Shown in pieces: positions 1-14,609 of a DNA stretch of 64,000 bases. The translations under genes were made by a program, and so were the position numbers. This DNA is from Azolla caroliniana (Eukaryota; Plantae; Polypodiophyta), in NCBI GenBank assembly GCA_043228905.1, contig JBHGNT010000003.1, positions 23,808,001-23,872,000 on the forward strand, read 5' to 3'. Below the pieces are notes generated by a model. The model had not been told where the DNA came from. It did not search any database and saw only the letters and a program-made list of their open reading frames with translations. Numbering within the stretch: the stretch's first letter is position 1; each line of letters opens with the position of its first letter.

Positions 1-793
1 CATGCTTTCTGCATATGTGGAGCATGACCAACACGCAAAGGCATTATGCTTATATCAACAAATGAGGCAAGAGCTTGTGACTCTGGATGATGTTACTCTA
101 ATTTGTGTTTTGCAAGCATGTAGTGAAACAGGAAATCTTGAGATAAGCAAGGATCTTCATTTCATAATTACATCGGCAGGTGAATGTGGTCAAAAGAACT
201 CTTTACCGGCTACACTTGTCCATGCATATTCTAGTTGTGCAAGCATGGACAATGCAAGGAACATCTTTGATGGTCTTATCCAACCAGATGTTGTATCGTG
301 GGGTGCATGCATAGCTGGCTATGCTGCAAAAGGAAGCTTTACAGCAAGTTTGCAAATGTTTGCAACCATGGAACAAGAGGGCATCAGACCGAATGAAATA
401 TTATTCGCATCTGTTCTTTCAGCATGCAGCCATTCTGGCCTTGTTTCTGAAGCTCTAGGATACTTCAACTCAATGCTCGGTGATTATTCCATATCTCGAA
501 GCATGAAGCATTACATAAACATGGTAGATCTCTTTGGACGCGTGGGAGATTTTGGAAGGTTGGAGAACATGTTAAAGAACATGCCATTGCAAGCTGACAT
601 AACAGTATGGTTATGTGTATTAGGTATGTGCCATAGACATGGCCAGCTACAGCTTGCGAAAACGGCATTTGACAACGCAGTCAGTTTGCAGCCTACAGAG
701 TCTGTGGCCTATATTTTGATGTCAAATATATATGCGGAGGTCATTCAACGAGACTCTTCAGCAACTGATATTGACACCTTTTACATAAGGTAG
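1..793 (+). CDS. PLS-class pentatricopeptide repeat protein with E-type extension (5'-truncated by window edge)
   Basis: ORF has P/L/S motifs (TLICVLQACS, DVVSWGACIAGYA, ILFASVLSACSHSGLV, HYINMVDLFGRVG, VWLCVLGMC) and ends shortly after AYILMSNIYA; no DYW domain. Confidence 0.92.
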   Translation, partial: MLSAYVEHDQHAKALCLYQQMRQELVTLDDVTLICVLQACSETGNLEISKDLHFIITSAGECGQKNSLPATLVHAYSSCASMDNARNIFDGLIQPDVVSWGACIAGYAAKGSFTASLQMFATMEQEGIRPNEILFASVLSACSHSGLVSEALGYFNSMLGDYSISRSMKHYINMVDLFGRVGDFGRLENMLKNMPLQADITVWLCVLGMCHRHGQLQLAKTAFDNAVSLQPTESVAYILMSNIYAEVIQRDSSATDIDTFYIR

Positions 794-2007
794 GTCTACC
801 ATTGAGGTTATTCCAAAAGGATGTGGTACACGGGGCCAATACATTAATAGATACGCAACAGCAAAATGAAAGAAATAGGAATGTTTGTATAGATTGGTGG
901 AGAGTGCCATACACGCAAGGGGTTAATTATAATATGGTGGGAAATAGAAACTGATAAAAAAATTATTTTCCATTACGTAGACGTAGCAATGATATGGGAA
1001 TTTTCATTTTGTGTATCACAGATTGAATCACCCCTTATTGATGTGTCATGAAACCTTCAGACGAGGAAACTTGGGATACAGAGCTACTTGTCCAGGTTAA
1101 CAAAGACGGATGAAAAGTAATATCAAGTGGATATTAGGATTGAACCGACATTTTTAGTTGGATGCAGTGTGAATTCACTCCTAACTTTTAATAGAATGAC
1201 ACCCTTATCTACATACGTTTTGATGCAATAACGCCCAAATCTATACTATGAGACATGTTTTTTTAACAGTACAAGGGAAAAGTAGAGTGAACCAAGGACC
1301 AAGATATGTTTATTTACACAAACGTTCACCTTATCCCTTGGGAACTATCCATTTGGACAACACGTTTGTTCGCTGGCTACCCAAATAGCCTATCGTTGGC
1401 CATAAGGTCACCCAAATGCTGAGAGGCATATCTCTAGTATAATTTTGACTCCTTTGCTAGGTACACACATTCGAAATGAGTTCGATAATCTATCAGTAGT
1501 GTCATTGAAAATCATATGATAACAACCTTTTGTGTAAATTCTTGACATTTTTCTGAAAAAATATAAAAAGTAGGGACAATTACTTATATATTCTTTGTCA
1601 AAGTTGAGGCTTTGGATACATAATGTGAGGTTATAAGATTAATCCTCAATAAACAGGAATGGAGTTTTGCTAATTACAACATTTAATTGCTAATTATGAT
1701 CTACACACATTTAATCAAACAAGGAGATTATCATGTTCATTATGATTCTAAAAAAAATGTAATATGACAATTGAGAGGAATCAGAAACTTAAAGCTCTAA
1801 ATTATTCTCATATCAGAAGCTAATGAAGGCATATATACATGTGTGCATATAACCATTGCATATAAACTTCACACTGGCATAACAAGTGCATCAAATATGT
1901 GCCTTATGGGCTCTTCCAAAATAAAATAAAATGCTCTCTAATATCTTGATTTGCAAACCATACTTCTTTCGCTACTCTAGAGTTTTGGTCATCCATAGAG
2001 ATTATTT

Positions 2008-2430
2008 GTGAGTAGCTTTTGGTGTATTAAATATTTCAGAATGGCATGGACTAGATGTACGTAGTTGTTTCTTGTTTCCAATAAAACTTTAATTCATAAA
2101 CTCTACACATCCCAAAAATTTTAGCTTTGCTTATTAGTTATTGGTGTATTCGAGATTCATGTATTTTTTTAGAATTGATATTTCTTAATATATGTCTACT
2201 TTTTGAGAATCGTGAGTAGTTTTTGGTGTATTAAATATTTCAGAATGGCATGCATTAGATATAGTTTTTCCATGTTTTCAATAATACTTTAATCCGTAAA
2301 CAACTCCACACATTGCTAAAACAGATTAATGAAACTACTTTTATATACACATTATTTTAAATTTTTTGGGATTCAAGTACATATTGTTTTAGAGTTGATA
2401 TTTCTTAATATATAGCTACATTTTGAGAAT
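2008..2430. repeat. Two diverged tandem copies of a ~205-220 bp unit
   Basis: gtgagtag-ttttggtgtattaaatatttcagaatggcatg at ~2008 and ~2212; ttgatatttcttaatatat...ttttgagaat ends both copies. Confidence 0.8.
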
Positions 2431-3974
2431 GTCTTACAAAGTGTATGGAGTCATTAAGGGCAATTGTGCAACATTACATTATTCCTAATGTTAGTTCCGT
2501 GACACGCAATATATACAAAAGACAAGGTTCTATATTTCCAACACTTTGCCAATATTGAGGTAATAATAAAATCTACAATATTCGGAAGATGCACTAACTA
2601 TATTAGACTAGTCGAATGCAATGAAAATCATGCAATATTGACCATCCATTATCGCATCCATGAGGTTTAAATCTTGATTTATAAATTTAGTGTTATTGGG
2701 AACTAGCCAAGGCACTCATAGGTGCACGATGGTTGTCGGTACTATGCCAACCAAGATACTTGAAGGTGCATGATGCATATTGAAATCGTTCTCGAGTGTT
2801 TTGAACAGTGTTTGTTGCCAAAAATGAAACGCCATGTATGGCCATCTATATGCATACACCCACATGTAACTCGTCATTAGATGACTATTGCTAGAGGTGT
2901 TAAGTTTAAAACCTTCTAGTGTAAGGTTAGTCAATAGATTATTTACCTACTATGGAATATTATCTACTCAGTCTACAACGGGACCACTTTTTGCAAAAAC
3001 CAAATTGATATATGCATAAGGTTCGAGACACCAAGTGTTAAGTCTTACAAATAGCCCTTGAAATTGCAATTTTATTGTTGCCCATCCAAACAAAAGGCAA
3101 TGGATACTTTGATGACAAGATAAGAAAGGGGATGTTGTGGTTCATGTAAAAGGAGATTTAGGTGTATTTATAAAGAAATATACATAAATTATTGTATAAA
3201 GTTTGAAAGATGTAATCCAATATATGTAAGTGGGTGATGATCAATCACAAATCTAACGAAATCAACGAGTTTTGCCGATTCCAATTAAAATAGAAGAAAC
3301 CTAGATAACTTTCATATATTATCAACATTCATGCATAGATTCCACACACATCCAATTCAAGGAACTAAATATCTTGCCTTGTCGTTGTGAGGCATGATGC
3401 ACTTCCCGCGATATAGAGGATATTGTTACGACCCAAGTCAAGACACTGTCTCATATTTTGGAATAATGCCATCAGTCAAATATTCGAAAATGCCATGAGG
3501 TTGGGGACATTTATGAAGGGAACAGAAAATCGGATGCATTACACAAAGAAGATTATATGTTCGAATTTTATAAAGTAGGCAATGGGTTATAGATTTTGGT
3601 CTTGTCCATATGGAGCAAATTGCATGCATGAAAAGGGAACTCGATCTAAAGATAGATTCTTGCGTGTGTGGAAAGGGAACTCCAAGTGGCTAGGCAAGAT
3701 AACTCGTCCCATTGGAAAAGATTGAAAGGAAACATGACACACTTTGTGTGGCGACACTAGACCCGAAGACCAATGTGGTGCCGTGCCTATGGTAAAAGAG
3801 ACTCACTATTGAAAACAAAAAGGAGGCTTTTGACAAAGTAAGCTATAACTTAACATTAGAAGATTATTTCTAAGAAGAAGTAGAAGGAACAAGGAAAGAT
3901 TGAATGAATGAAAGATTTTGAGAGGATGGGGGTGGACAGATGATAGACATGATAACTAGAATGAAGGAATCAAT

Positions 3975-4039
3975 ATATATACATACATACATACATTATA
4001 CATATGTATGTATATGACATACATACATACATACATACA

Positions 4040-4070
<31 letters not shown>

Positions 4071-4100
4071 GTATGTATGTATGTATGTATATATATATTT
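3975..4100. repeat. (TACA)n/(TATG)n microsatellite
   Basis: Directly visible tetranucleotide arrays in opposite orientation joined at catatg (4066-4071). Confidence 0.95.
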
Positions 4101-4265
4101 ATATTTGGAATGGATCACAAATTCATAAAACAATGTCTTTATGAATGGATCTCTTCATATTTGGAATGGATCTCTTTCTGTTCCCCCCCTTTATCTTTGA
4201 TTAGGCCTCTTTCTCTACAGAAAAGATAGGGAGAGAGAGCTTCATTGATTACTTGGTTAGCCACA

Positions 4266-5713
4266 ATGAATCTGAATAATGCTGTAGTAGATCCAATTGT
4301 TAGCGTCAACACTAATGGTGTCGATTCTTCTGCTTCGTGGAATGTCGATTCCTCCCGCCTCCTCCAGCTCATGATGGGCGGCACCGCCTCCTCTGCTGCT
4401 CCCCATCGCCTTCATTATCATAACCCTGCTTCCGAAAATCCTGCAGGAAATCGTTATACTACCTCTGGCGGCGAAAACTGCAGTTCTAATTCTGTCTGTA
4501 ATGGATCCAACCCTAGCAGCCATGATTGTTGTGTTGATGGGATTGCTAAGCCTAGAAGCTCTAATGATGTGGATTTAGGAAAGAACAGAGCTCTGCCCTC
4601 TGGTTGGGAGAAATGCCTTGACCTCAAGGTAAGCAACTTCAACTATAAACCATCTCCATTAATCATCACACTCTGATAAATAATCATTTAACCTAACATT
4701 TTTTTCTGCATAGATGAGTTTGTATCTATGCATTCATATGTGCGTGCGTGTGTATGTATGTATGTATGCATGCACTTATATGTGCATAGGAGCCTAGGTC
4801 TATGTATGTGTGTATATGTCTTTTATGTCTCATGTTTAGGGTTTAGAACCAGTTAATGTCACTATGTGTTTTGTCATATTCATGCATAGATAAATTTAGG
4901 GCTTGGTGGAGTTTCTAGGGTTTGTAATTAGATACTGGTAATGGTGATATGCAGTCTGGTGAAATCTACATGAAGAAGAGTGAAGAAGTAGCCTCCACCA
5001 ATGCCAATTCCATTGGGGGGACCCACAAAAACACCATTACTAATATCATTACAAGGACACGGGTCCGACCTTGTCCGTCGTGGCAACCTCAGCAAGTCGA
5101 GAAACAAGATTGGTTCATAGATTCATATTCATCGCCAATCCAACCAACACTTTTGTCCACGCAAAACACCTACAACACTGTGACAATGAACCTTTTAGAT
5201 AACAATGCAGTAATGACAAAAAGCGCTTGTTCGATCGCTCGAGACAGTGATTTCAACAATGGTTTCATGGATCGAGAGCCGGATGAGACCTTATGCCTGG
5301 ATTTGGACCTAAGTCTAGCAAATGAGAAAAGGAGCAAATTGAGTTATCATGGTACTAAAGGAACTATTGATGATACAATTAACCCAAACTCTAGCTTGAC
5401 AAACTTTGGGACCAGTATTAACACTAGTCAAGGACTACATATAATGTCTCCACTCACTAAAGACTCTAGTATCCAACATTGGAAGTGGCAAGTTGGTAGT
5501 CATACATATCATGACTCAATATTTTATAAGCCAGTGATTAATGCCGACATTCAAGAGATGGTTCGTGTGCAAACAATGGTCACTGCAACTTGCTCTCATT
5601 GCCTTACTCGTGTGTTATTGAAGAAGAGTAATCCAAAGTGTCCAAGGTGCTCCAATCCCATCATATTGGAATGTGCAAATAATTTGAGCAAGAAGAGACC
5701 TTATACAACATAG
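4266..5713 (+). CDS. CFL1: CURLY FLAG LEAF 1-like protein (WW domain, EAR motif, C-terminal GIR1-like zinc ribbon); exons 4266-4628, 4955-5713
   Basis: GT-AG intron 4629-4954 joins LPSGWEKCLDLK|SGEIYM (WW); LDLDLSL EAR motif; MVTATCSHCLTRVLLKKSNPKCPRC (CxxC...CPxC). Confidence 0.85.
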
Positions 5714-8700
5714 ACTTCTCTTTCGATGGTTTCTCACTCCCCACAAATTCTTCTTCTCAATCATGACAATTAATGTGACCTGAAGTTTACCATTGTCTTG
5801 GGTTGTGAATCCCTCACGTATAATTATGTATAATAATGGAAACATACTTTTGCTTATTGGAGAAGCTATGACATTGTAATTTGTAACCCGTGGGCAAGTC
5901 ATCATATACTTCATTCAATTAGTCTTTGTATGGAACACACATGCGTATATTTATTTGTCCATTGAAATACATAGTTCCGATGGCATTCTAATGAGTTCAT
6001 TGTTTTTTTAGGAGCTACAATGAATGCTTATTAACTTGTCTCTTTTTCAAACACTAGGTGGATACTTTTCGTATTTTTCATGTCTCATTTTCAAACACTA
6101 AGTGGATTCTTTTCGTATTTTTCATGTTACAGTGTTTGTTCAAATAATGCTTGTTGTTTTCACTCTACAGTCAATCAAATCACAACTATTTGAAAGTTGG
6201 TCTTTTTCTATGTACTACGCACACATTCTATTACTTACGCTTGCAACTCTACATTAATCATGAACCAAAAAATTGGTCAATACAATATTTTGCAGCTTAC
6301 CTTGGGCCAAATGTATACTAGTCAATAACTTGCGCATGTGACACAATGTTAGGCATATTGTGATCAATCAGTCTTGCATTGGAGGGGGTTTGAACAGTGC
6401 TCTCAGGTTACCACAAATTGAGATATACTTGAACTATTTTAGAATGTAAGGCCTATATTCCTTTAAATCAAATTCATTCAACGCTCCATGAGGGGTGCAT
6501 GGCTCCATGTTTCTTTTTAAAAAGGCATCATATCATCTTTGTAGTGTAAGTTTGTTCCCATTCACACACATGTTGTTGGCCCTCTTTTGACATTATTAAT
6601 ATATGTATGACACATACATATACACATGTCATGATTTGACATGGTGCTCAGTGCTCACAAATGCATATGTTGATGTGATACAAAAACATGAGACAAACTT
6701 ACATACATGGACATGATTATAGCACTTTCCTTGCTATTGGATGGACAATGGACACGTAATGCACATAAGTTGATGTTATATTTTATATTAATATATTACA
6801 AGCATACCCACATGCATACAAACAATGTGTAGATTCATCATCATCATCATATTTGGATTGCATTGTCAATGTGTGGCAGTGTGTTCTATTGTATAAGTTT
6901 GCATATATGTATATAAGGGCCCTTTCTATACTTAGGTAATTTTCAAGTTATTATTTGGTTATTCCTATACATATATTTTATTTATCAACATCAAGATTCA
7001 AGCAAACTATACATATGCATGATCGCATGCATGCATGTGTGTGTGCGTGTGTAGATGCATTTCTCTATGTGTGTGTTGAAAAGTTAAGGCCCAATGGATT
7101 TTGTGATCGAAAAACAACTAATATACATTCATTTTGTTGAGTGTGTGTTCAAGGTTCTAACTTCTCACCAATAAATAAAGAGATAGTGTATTATATACCA
7201 CATCTGAAAATTGTTGAATTGTGAGACTGTGGGTTGTGCTGATTTGAGTGTCTCACCCAAAACAACTTTGGTACTGCCACACCTACAAGCATAAATGCAA
7301 TGATGAAACAACACACTTTTTAAAAGAAACTTGCATTAAGCTATAAGCCTATAACTTATCATGTTACTACAAACATCCACATACTTTTAGAAATGAATTT
7401 TCGGTAATTCTAGAATCCAAATTTCAATCAAATTAATTCATAAGATAGTTGATTGTCAAATCCTTCTCCACCAACTTACTTAATGTAGTTTCCCTATCTA
7501 GACACCAACGCGTGACGTATAATTTGAATACAATAAGCTAATGATTTGTTATTATTTTTAGGGACACAATCAACCAACATGCTTACTTCGATTACAATAT
7601 ATTGGATCTGATTCTATATTTCTATTTTCATTTGCTACATTGCTATGATGTATGTAATCATTCTATAAACGTGGTTTGTTACAACTTTGTGAGAGGCGGT
7701 GCGAGATATCACATCGTTAGAGGAACATTAGATCTCATTCTAACAAATGCATAAAATCAAACTTATTAAGTTTGTTTTTTGATAAAAATAGACGTAATAT
7801 TGCAGAAAATTTGTGTTTTTATTGTGCTCATCATATATGAACGATGAGGCTGATCATTTATGCAATTTTTCCAGTTAACTTATTTAATGTAATTTTCTCT
7901 TTCGAAACACCAACTCACATTAGTGGAGCAATGACTTTCCTAAAGGTGAAAATGACATATGACAATGTTGACTTAAGAGTGATGATAAACACGCCATTAT
8001 GACATGTAATCTAAACATGAAAAGCCAAAAAACACCAACTTCCATTATAATAATGGGATATGTGGGCCATTTCTTGCACAAAAAGTCAAATCCTAAGCAA
8101 AAACTTCCATGAGAAAAAACTATTATATATCCTATTGGGCCACATGGAAAATAATCATAGACCAACAACAACTTACACACTTATTACTTATAAGTTACAT
8201 AACTTGTATGTTATACAGTATACCTATGTTTCCACATAATAAACACTATTCGTTAATCGATTATTCATGCGCTCTTGAGATATGTGGTTCGTGACTTTCA
8301 TGAGAAGCTCAAATATATCAACATAATATCACTAACTAATGTATTATGTCACTATCATCATTATATTCATGGCATGTTGTGATTTCAATGTAGGGACATA
8401 CTAAACAAATACATGAAATTTCTTGTTTGGGCATATAATAGAACATTTATATTTTCTTGTGAAGGAATAAATAGCCTAAGCTTTGGATGAGAGGAAGAAT
8501 TTGAAACACATAATGAGCAAAACTAACAACAATTTAAAGAGACAATGGGTCTTTTTTATTTACTAGACAAAGAAAATATTTAATGAGAAATTTGATATCA
8601 AGGTTACTTCTTACATTTCAACCTAGTCGCGTGCACCAACACGTGACAATTTTATTGTTTATCAAATACCATCAACCGACAAAATTCTCATGACATGATC

Positions 8701-9923
8701 ACAAGTCATCATGATGTTGGTTGGAGAATGTAACACATTACATGGATTTCATGATACACATGTAAATGTATGTACTTGAATGTGGATTGCACACCAAGTT
8801 TCAACCCTCTCTACATTTAAACCTCAATATTTTGATAATGCATTGTCAAATTGTAACAATATAATTGACTGATTGAACGCATAGAGTGAAACCACACGAA
8901 TATCATCGAAATTCATAAAAATACTTCACAATGAAATACTAATGATACTAGCATAGACACATTGTGGAAGGAAGCAAGAGTTTATGTGTGGATGTGTAGA
9001 AATAATTGATCATTCCCTAATCAGGTCACATTTCATAAAGAATTTTCCATGTGTATGAGTGACATTCGCAGAAATTATAACTCATCGTCCACATTTGAAT
9101 CAACATTCTACACTTGCTTAGAAGTCCAAGATCCTATTGAAGTGATGTCATGTTGGTATGGCTTGAATGAAAGGCAAGGTAGGCATATAAGGTGTAAATT
9201 GCAATATATGATTGAATTCTATGTTTAAATGACCTAGGAAAGTATGTTGGCCATGGTCAATTATGAAGAACCTTTTTACACTTTACACGAGTCACTTCTT
9301 GGATGGAAACCTTCACACGCTACCTTATAATAACGAGAGACAAAGTAAGCAAATTTAAAAGATACAAACAAAATAATCTGGAATCTATTTTAACATTCCC
9401 AGATATTTCGAAACATCATCCAATTGCGTTGTTTCAAAGCATTTGCAAAGGTGGAAAAACCACACCCATGAGAGTCAAGATTCCATGTCCTAAGCTCTTT
9501 TAACTGACCATAAGCATATGCTCATATCCACACTTTTTATGCAGACACTATTCAGTATCACAGTCATTCTTTGCATGAAGATAACTTTGAAATTTCAACA
9601 TTTAGGAGATTGCGACAATTCAAAGACAATCTCCTCGTAATCACACACCAGTCCATGCAGCTCATTAAAAAACAGACTCGAGAAAAAAACAAGAATAAAA
9701 GTGCTCACTACGAGAAACCATATAAAAAGATGTTGTAATCTTTGCTTCAACATATAAACAAGAACTTCAAAAGAGGGAATGGTTACAGACTTGGCATTGT
9801 CCCAAGATCATAGTTTGTTTAAAAATGCGAGTATAGCTACCAAAACAGCTTTAATATATTAAAATGACTACATGTATATAATCAGGAGCTTTTAAGCCTA
9901 CAAATTTGTGAATTGCACTAGTT

Positions 9924-12788
9924 TTACAACCTTTTTAGACCTTTCTTCCTCAGATGCTCACATTTTCTTTTATGAGTGTGAGTAATACTTGAGTCATTCT
10001 CATTTTTCGGTTTCTTTGAAGGAGATAAGCAACATGCCATAGAATCTGTAGTCGTTGGAGAAACACTGACATCATTATTGTCCCTATTCATATTCGTTTG
10101 CTTGAGTGGTACTACCGAAGTAATGTCTGAATCAGTCGATATTATATTTACTTTTCGTGTTTCAGTTGTTGATGATTTCATCCTCGACTTGTTAGTTATT
10201 GCGTGTATGCTTGTCATCAATCTGTATTATATATATAGAAAATAGTTTTTGAAAGCTCTCGTTTACTAGAAAGTCCATTGAATAGGAAACTTTACCAGGA
10301 TACCTCTCCCTTTTTTCAGAAAAAATTCCAAATTAATTCTAGTATTTTTCATAATTGCCAGCATGCCCCAAAATTTTCAAGCTTCCCAAACCAAACGATT
10401 TTGGAATTCGTGAAAAATAAGGGGTGTTTGGTCAACATCCCTTGATAATAGTACCTCGCATATTTGTAATACGATTCATAGTCCTCCATTAGCATTTTTC
10501 CTGCTGCTTCATTCAATGCGGACTCTGGGAAAGGTTCAATCAATAAGCACCGAATTGCCTGTGAAAGAAGATAACCCAGTATTGAGGTCATGGTTTCAAT
10601 CTTGTAAAATAAAGCTACATAAGTAACGCTAACAACCAATACATACTGACTCCTGAACATAATATTGAAAATAAAGCTACATCAGTAAGGCTAAGAACCA
10701 ATACTGATTCCTGAGAAGCCTACGGAAACAAGATGTGTTCACACATAAATATCTATATATATATCAATCGCATTATGGAAACCTCCTTTCAATCTACTGA
10801 ATGTTTGGTCTTCATTCTTACTATTGAGGCAATGTCAAGTCTCATATCAACAGCTGTGTGAGATTATTCTCCATTGAGCGCCAACATTGCTTGAGCTTAG
10901 GCAATGATTCACATCCAACAGTAAGCCCTCGAATTTGAAATTTGAAATAAAGTTTTAAAAGCTAATGATGATGATTTCTCCAGTCTCAATGTCAGTGTGG
11001 CTTGCGAGAAGAAACTTGAGATCCATCTTAGTCTTAACCTCCCCAAACCCTCAAATGCATATGGTCTATAGTCTTGCACAGAGATATTGCTCAGGCTCTT
11101 GCCTAGAAATTCTTTTCCAGTTCTAGTTTATGTCTTACTATTGAGACAATGTCAAGTCTCATATCAACAGCTGCCTTTTGGCATGTAATCTTCTCCGTTT
11201 GTGTAAAACAGTTTCATAATAGAATTAATAAGTTCAAAATGATCACTATGCATTAGGTGCTCCTCTCATCAAGAAATTCAATGTTCAACCAAGAGTTCCA
11301 AGCTACCAATACTAAGCTTTGATTCTGCACAGTATTCTGATATTCCAATGCATGCCTGAGAAGTCCAATGAAATATTGCTTAAAATCTTGAACACTTTAC
11401 TTCTTTAAAGAGAAGTTGACTCTCACCATTTTCTACGACCTATAAACAAAAGGAAATATTCACCATTTTTTACCTCAACTCTTATCAATTATGCTCATTT
11501 GTATCAAAGTGAAAGAAAACATAGAATGAAGACTAGACGAAAGTAGCTTAGCTAACTTGTCAAAACAAGAAAATGAACTCATTTTCAGTTCAATAACCTC
11601 CGCCCTAATCCGATGTTCAAACCAGGAGAATGTAGCTTGACTTCATATCCAATGTTTTACACGTAAACAAGATAGATGTTGAAGTGATTGACACACTTCA
11701 GTTCTATATTACAGAATGGTTAAAATAATATTCTATAACAACCAGATTTCAGAAACATACCAGAAGAATGTGCCGCAGTCCCAATGTAGGCTTCCAATCC
11801 TTTTTCAGAGTATTAACGCATATCTCTCCAAGTTTTGAAATGTTCGGATGAAATATCTTTGTCAAAAAATACCCTACTCAAGAGAAACATGTTCATACTA
11901 AGTTAACCAAAATGCCTCAACGAAATATCCAATACAAGGAAAATAGAGTCATATTACAATACTCAAACTAATCACATCACCAAACTTGCCCTATTCAAGA
12001 AGAGAAAACATGTTCCTACCAAGCCATCCAAAATGCAGCAAATAATTGTCTAAAAACAAATACCATATTCAAGAGAAATACATGTTTGTACAATGCATCC
12101 AAACTGTACCAAACAATTGCTTTAAGCAAAAATATATTCATCCAACGACATCCGAAACACAACACAGGATTGCCAAAATTAACCTATTCAAAAGAGAAAA
12201 CATACTCATACTAGAGTACCCCAAACAAAACAAAATTGTGTTCAAGCAAACGCATGTTCATAATAAGCCATGTAAAATCCACCAATTACTTAGGCAAGAC
12301 AAATAATATGCACCTGTGCATCATACCTTTTGGAGGAGCTTCTGGAAATCCTTGACTCAAAATCAACTTTATTCGAAACGCGCCTCCCTCATAAGGTGTT
12401 CCCGCTTTATATATACACAAACAAATCTTCAATGTCCATTTACAAGCCTGAATACATGGTGAGGCATCATTGAATACATTATGAACTTATGAAAAACATA
12501 CATGGTCCCTCGATGTCAGCATGAATATTGGAGAAGTTATCATTATTAACTGATATCTTTATATCTTCAAGTGGGCTTTCTTCCAAGCTTTTTAACTCTC
12601 TAGCAAGATCCTTAATTACTTTTGGTGGCAAATTTTCATTTGAAGCCTAGATCAAGTCCATAACAATAGTAATAAATTTATAACACAATTTGTTTAAAAC
12701 CCTCTCAACAGGAATTCTAAGGGTTTGTTTTAATCGCAAATAAATTCATCGATTATTTGAGTTGAAAACAAAGAAGAAGACATACCAT
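9924..12788 (-). CDS. UBC22: Ubiquitin-conjugating enzyme E2, UBC22/UBE2S type; coding exons approx. 12788-12786, 12646-12502, 12404-12327, 11873-11761, 10558-10455, 10221-9924
   Basis: Spliced translation M|[21 protein letters not shown]...GTPYEGG...[22 protein letters not shown]...[19 protein letters not shown]...KKGLKRL; canonical GT-AG sites; 5'UTR intron near 12815-13009. Confidence 0.92.
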
Positions 12789-14609
12789 GCCCTGTTCTTC
12801 AAATATGTGGAATCTGCAAGAAAGAGAATAAAAGAAAAAGAAAAACACCCACAGCTTAAGATCAAATCTGGACTAAGGAAATGGGAACAAAGGAACAGAG
12901 CAATGTCTTGGAAACAGAGTAATGGTGCCCTTGGAAGGAGAAGAAAGGTCAGAGAAAATTGCTGGCATTCTACAGTAAAACATGAAGGAAAACAATCAGA
13001 GAGACTTACCGCTGATAATTTACAGAAGAGAGAAAGAGAATAAATCGATAACCTTGCTCTGCTCTGCTCTGCTATGGGCATGAGCTGAGGGAAGGGGGGG
13101 AAACAAGTATATCCTTAGGGGAAGAAAAACACATCAATAAATCAACCAAAGTTAAGTACGCAAGTGTAGTCTTGTAGAGAAATCTATGATAATAGCCTTG
13201 TTTGGGTGTGTCCTTTTCATGAAAGCTTTATGTTTTTTAGGGACACGACCACGGAGAATCACAAGTGTCGGACCACACTTGTGTTGTTGGGCCAATTGAC
13301 CCGAGAGTCGCCAACATTCAAGAACTCTTTTGAGGATCATGCTTGGGCTTCTTCGCCCATTTTTGGCTATATATTTTGGACCTAATGTACACACTCGCAC
13401 TCACAACTTCTGCGTGGGTTCACACAATCAACCAACTAACTGATAGACATAATTATCACATCACTAGAACAAAATCTTTCCCCAATTCATATGAGACATA
13501 TATGGCTTTCACCATAACAATTCACAAACTCTTCTATTACATATTATTACTACTTATAATGTCAGTGCAGTTTACCCATCTCTACCAATCCCATTGATCA
13601 TACCTAATATTCCTATATGTAAGTGAATGCTTCCATAGTTATAAACTTATATGAATTCACACTACATATAAATCATTATTGTCACCATGACTACATCACG
13701 TTATTCTGTGATCACTGGCAATCTTATGCTAATTCCAAACAAAACTTTCAACTATCCATGGATTTGCATGGTGTTTGATGTCATTCTTTAGATTTAATCA
13801 GTTAGAACTATTGGCAAATCTTCCACATTCCACAACAGCAGGAGAGCTAATTTTCTTCGGAGACTACTTTCCCCAGATCAAACTAACGGGCTTGTAAACT
13901 GGCACAGAATTATTTGATAAAGACACTATATTATGATAGGGAGTGCCATGGAAATGTTTTTTTCCTGAATCTTTCTCAATTAATTCATAGTTATGAGGAT
14001 GCACTTGTGATAGATGAATTGGAGGAATATATTAGCGATCAGGTTGTGTGCTTCTCACTGTTGTATCATGTACTTTTTGCTTCCCTAAACTCGAATAATT
14101 TACAATTACAGATAAACTTCTTGTTACCTGAATTCAATCAACACGCATCTTGACTCACATCAACAAATGAGAACATTTTGTAATCTGTATATACAAATGA
14201 CTGTCTATCTCAATGTGAGATTTTAATTGGATTATGAAGAGATCGAAACATTTTTTATTACCATTCAAAAGTTAATTGCAATCAGCGTGGCATCAAAACA
14301 GGCAAACGTGGAAATGTTACAAACCAAAAATGCTGGTGTCACCATAGGACTGCAGAGATAGTGGAGTCATTTGTGGATGTGAAAGCCTAACTGGAGGGAG
14401 GTTATATTACAAGGAAATATATACATGGGAATTCCATATGGATCAAAGACGGGGGAAAACCTACACCTTAATAGCTTGGAAATCTCATGCATTGAAGTAC
14501 TTAATACTATCTATGCCAGATTATGGGCCGTAATATGCAGGTGCAAGTAAATAAAATCTGTCATGTTTATACAAGAAATTCATGCTCACAAAAATCGATG
14601 CTTGAACAT

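Noticed and set aside
2450-3900. Possible retrotransposon pol remnants
   Set aside because: Only vague motif echoes; not supportable by eye.
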